A program made the position numbers and the translations under genes. A stretch of 64,000 nt of DNA from Trypanosoma brucei (lineage: Eukaryota). How positions within the stretch are numbered: position 1 is the stretch's first letter; every line of letters starts with the position of its first letter. Below, piece after piece: positions 63,261 through 64,000 of the stretch. The notes beneath the pieces are model-generated. The model was not told where the DNA came from, did no database searches, and saw only the letters and a program-made list of their open reading frames with translations. The DNA is taken from positions 416,001-480,000 of the forward strand of contig AL929603.2 of the NCBI GenBank assembly GCA_000002445.1. Reading direction: 5' to 3'.

Positions 63261-64000
63261 CTTCAATGATGAGGTATTTGCGTGTGTATATGCGTGTGAA
63301 GAGGGGAAAATATAGTTATGATTATTATGCATTGTACTTATTTGCGGCCTAATTTCCCTTTCTCGAAACACAGTTCGCTGAATTTGGCAGCTAAAATGCC
63401 CCCTACCTACACACAGACACACTTCGCTTATATGTGCATTTATTTGTATTTATATGAACGTAGCTAAAATATTTTAGCTTCCACTCACACTTTTTTCTCT
63501 TTCTCCTTATTTTTCAATTGTTTTACAAGAGGTATATATCATTTTTACCTCAAGAAAGAACATCACTATTTCCCCCAACAGGTTAATAGGCACAGACATA
63601 TTTTTGTTCATACCTACACCAAAAGTTGGGGGAGAAAAGATAACACGGAATATAAGAGGGAAGAGGAGAAATAAAAGAGCAGTGAAGCACACACACACAC
63701 AGGGAAGAGGGATCGATTACATTTCCTTCCAACCGGCGGAAAAAGGAAAAGAGGGGGGAGGAAAAAACAAACAGTTCTCAACGTTAGCTATATATGAATC
63801 GTGCTCGAAAGCCAGAACCGCCGTCGACTCCATGCGCTCGGCGCGATTTTCGAGGCACCACTACCGGACGCCGCCCGGGGCTCCCATCGCACAACCGAAA
63901 CGGAAATGATGCTAATGCAACTTATCCCATTCCTAATAATCGTGTTGGCAGGCATTTGAGCCCCGCTTGTGGAAAATATGGAAACCGTCCGCTCACCGCA

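Overview
This window reads as kinetoplastid (Trypanosoma brucei-type) nuclear DNA. The organism call rests on several observations. All 17 supportable protein-coding ORFs are on the + strand, intronless, and separated by pyrimidine-rich intergenic stretches with (TA)n, (GT)n and (TTA)n microsatellites, as in a single directional polycistronic transcription unit. There are no rRNA, tRNA, CRISPR or obvious transposon sequences. Recognisable genes are an RNase III plus U1-like zinc-finger protein matching the RNA-editing endonuclease KREN1/KREPB1 family, a glutaredoxin with an unusual CQFC active site (2-C-Grx2 type), an ESCO/Eco1-type acetyltransferase, an AATF/Bfr2-like protein, an Elf1-like zinc ribbon, a divergent cyclophilin-like protein, a protein with bacterial-style treble-clef zinc-ribbon repeats, and two tandem PIN-domain paralogues. 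The KREN1-like and CQFC-glutaredoxin neighbourhood suggests T. brucei chromosome 1, but that is recollection, not a search. The main feature is a 21.5-kb ORF (25389-46853). Its core (26795-46195) holds about 158 head-to-tail, near-identical 123-bp repeats encoding a 41-aa, very acidic, Gln-rich, one-Cys unit. Variant units recur at exact multiples of 123 bp, so the array has higher-order block structure. The array is also open on the opposite strand (a 6534-aa antisense ORF), which I regard as an artefact. The ORF track uses TTG as a start in places. I moved four gene starts to the first in-frame ATG and say so in each entry. Functional calls come from motif-level reading and carry the stated uncertainty.
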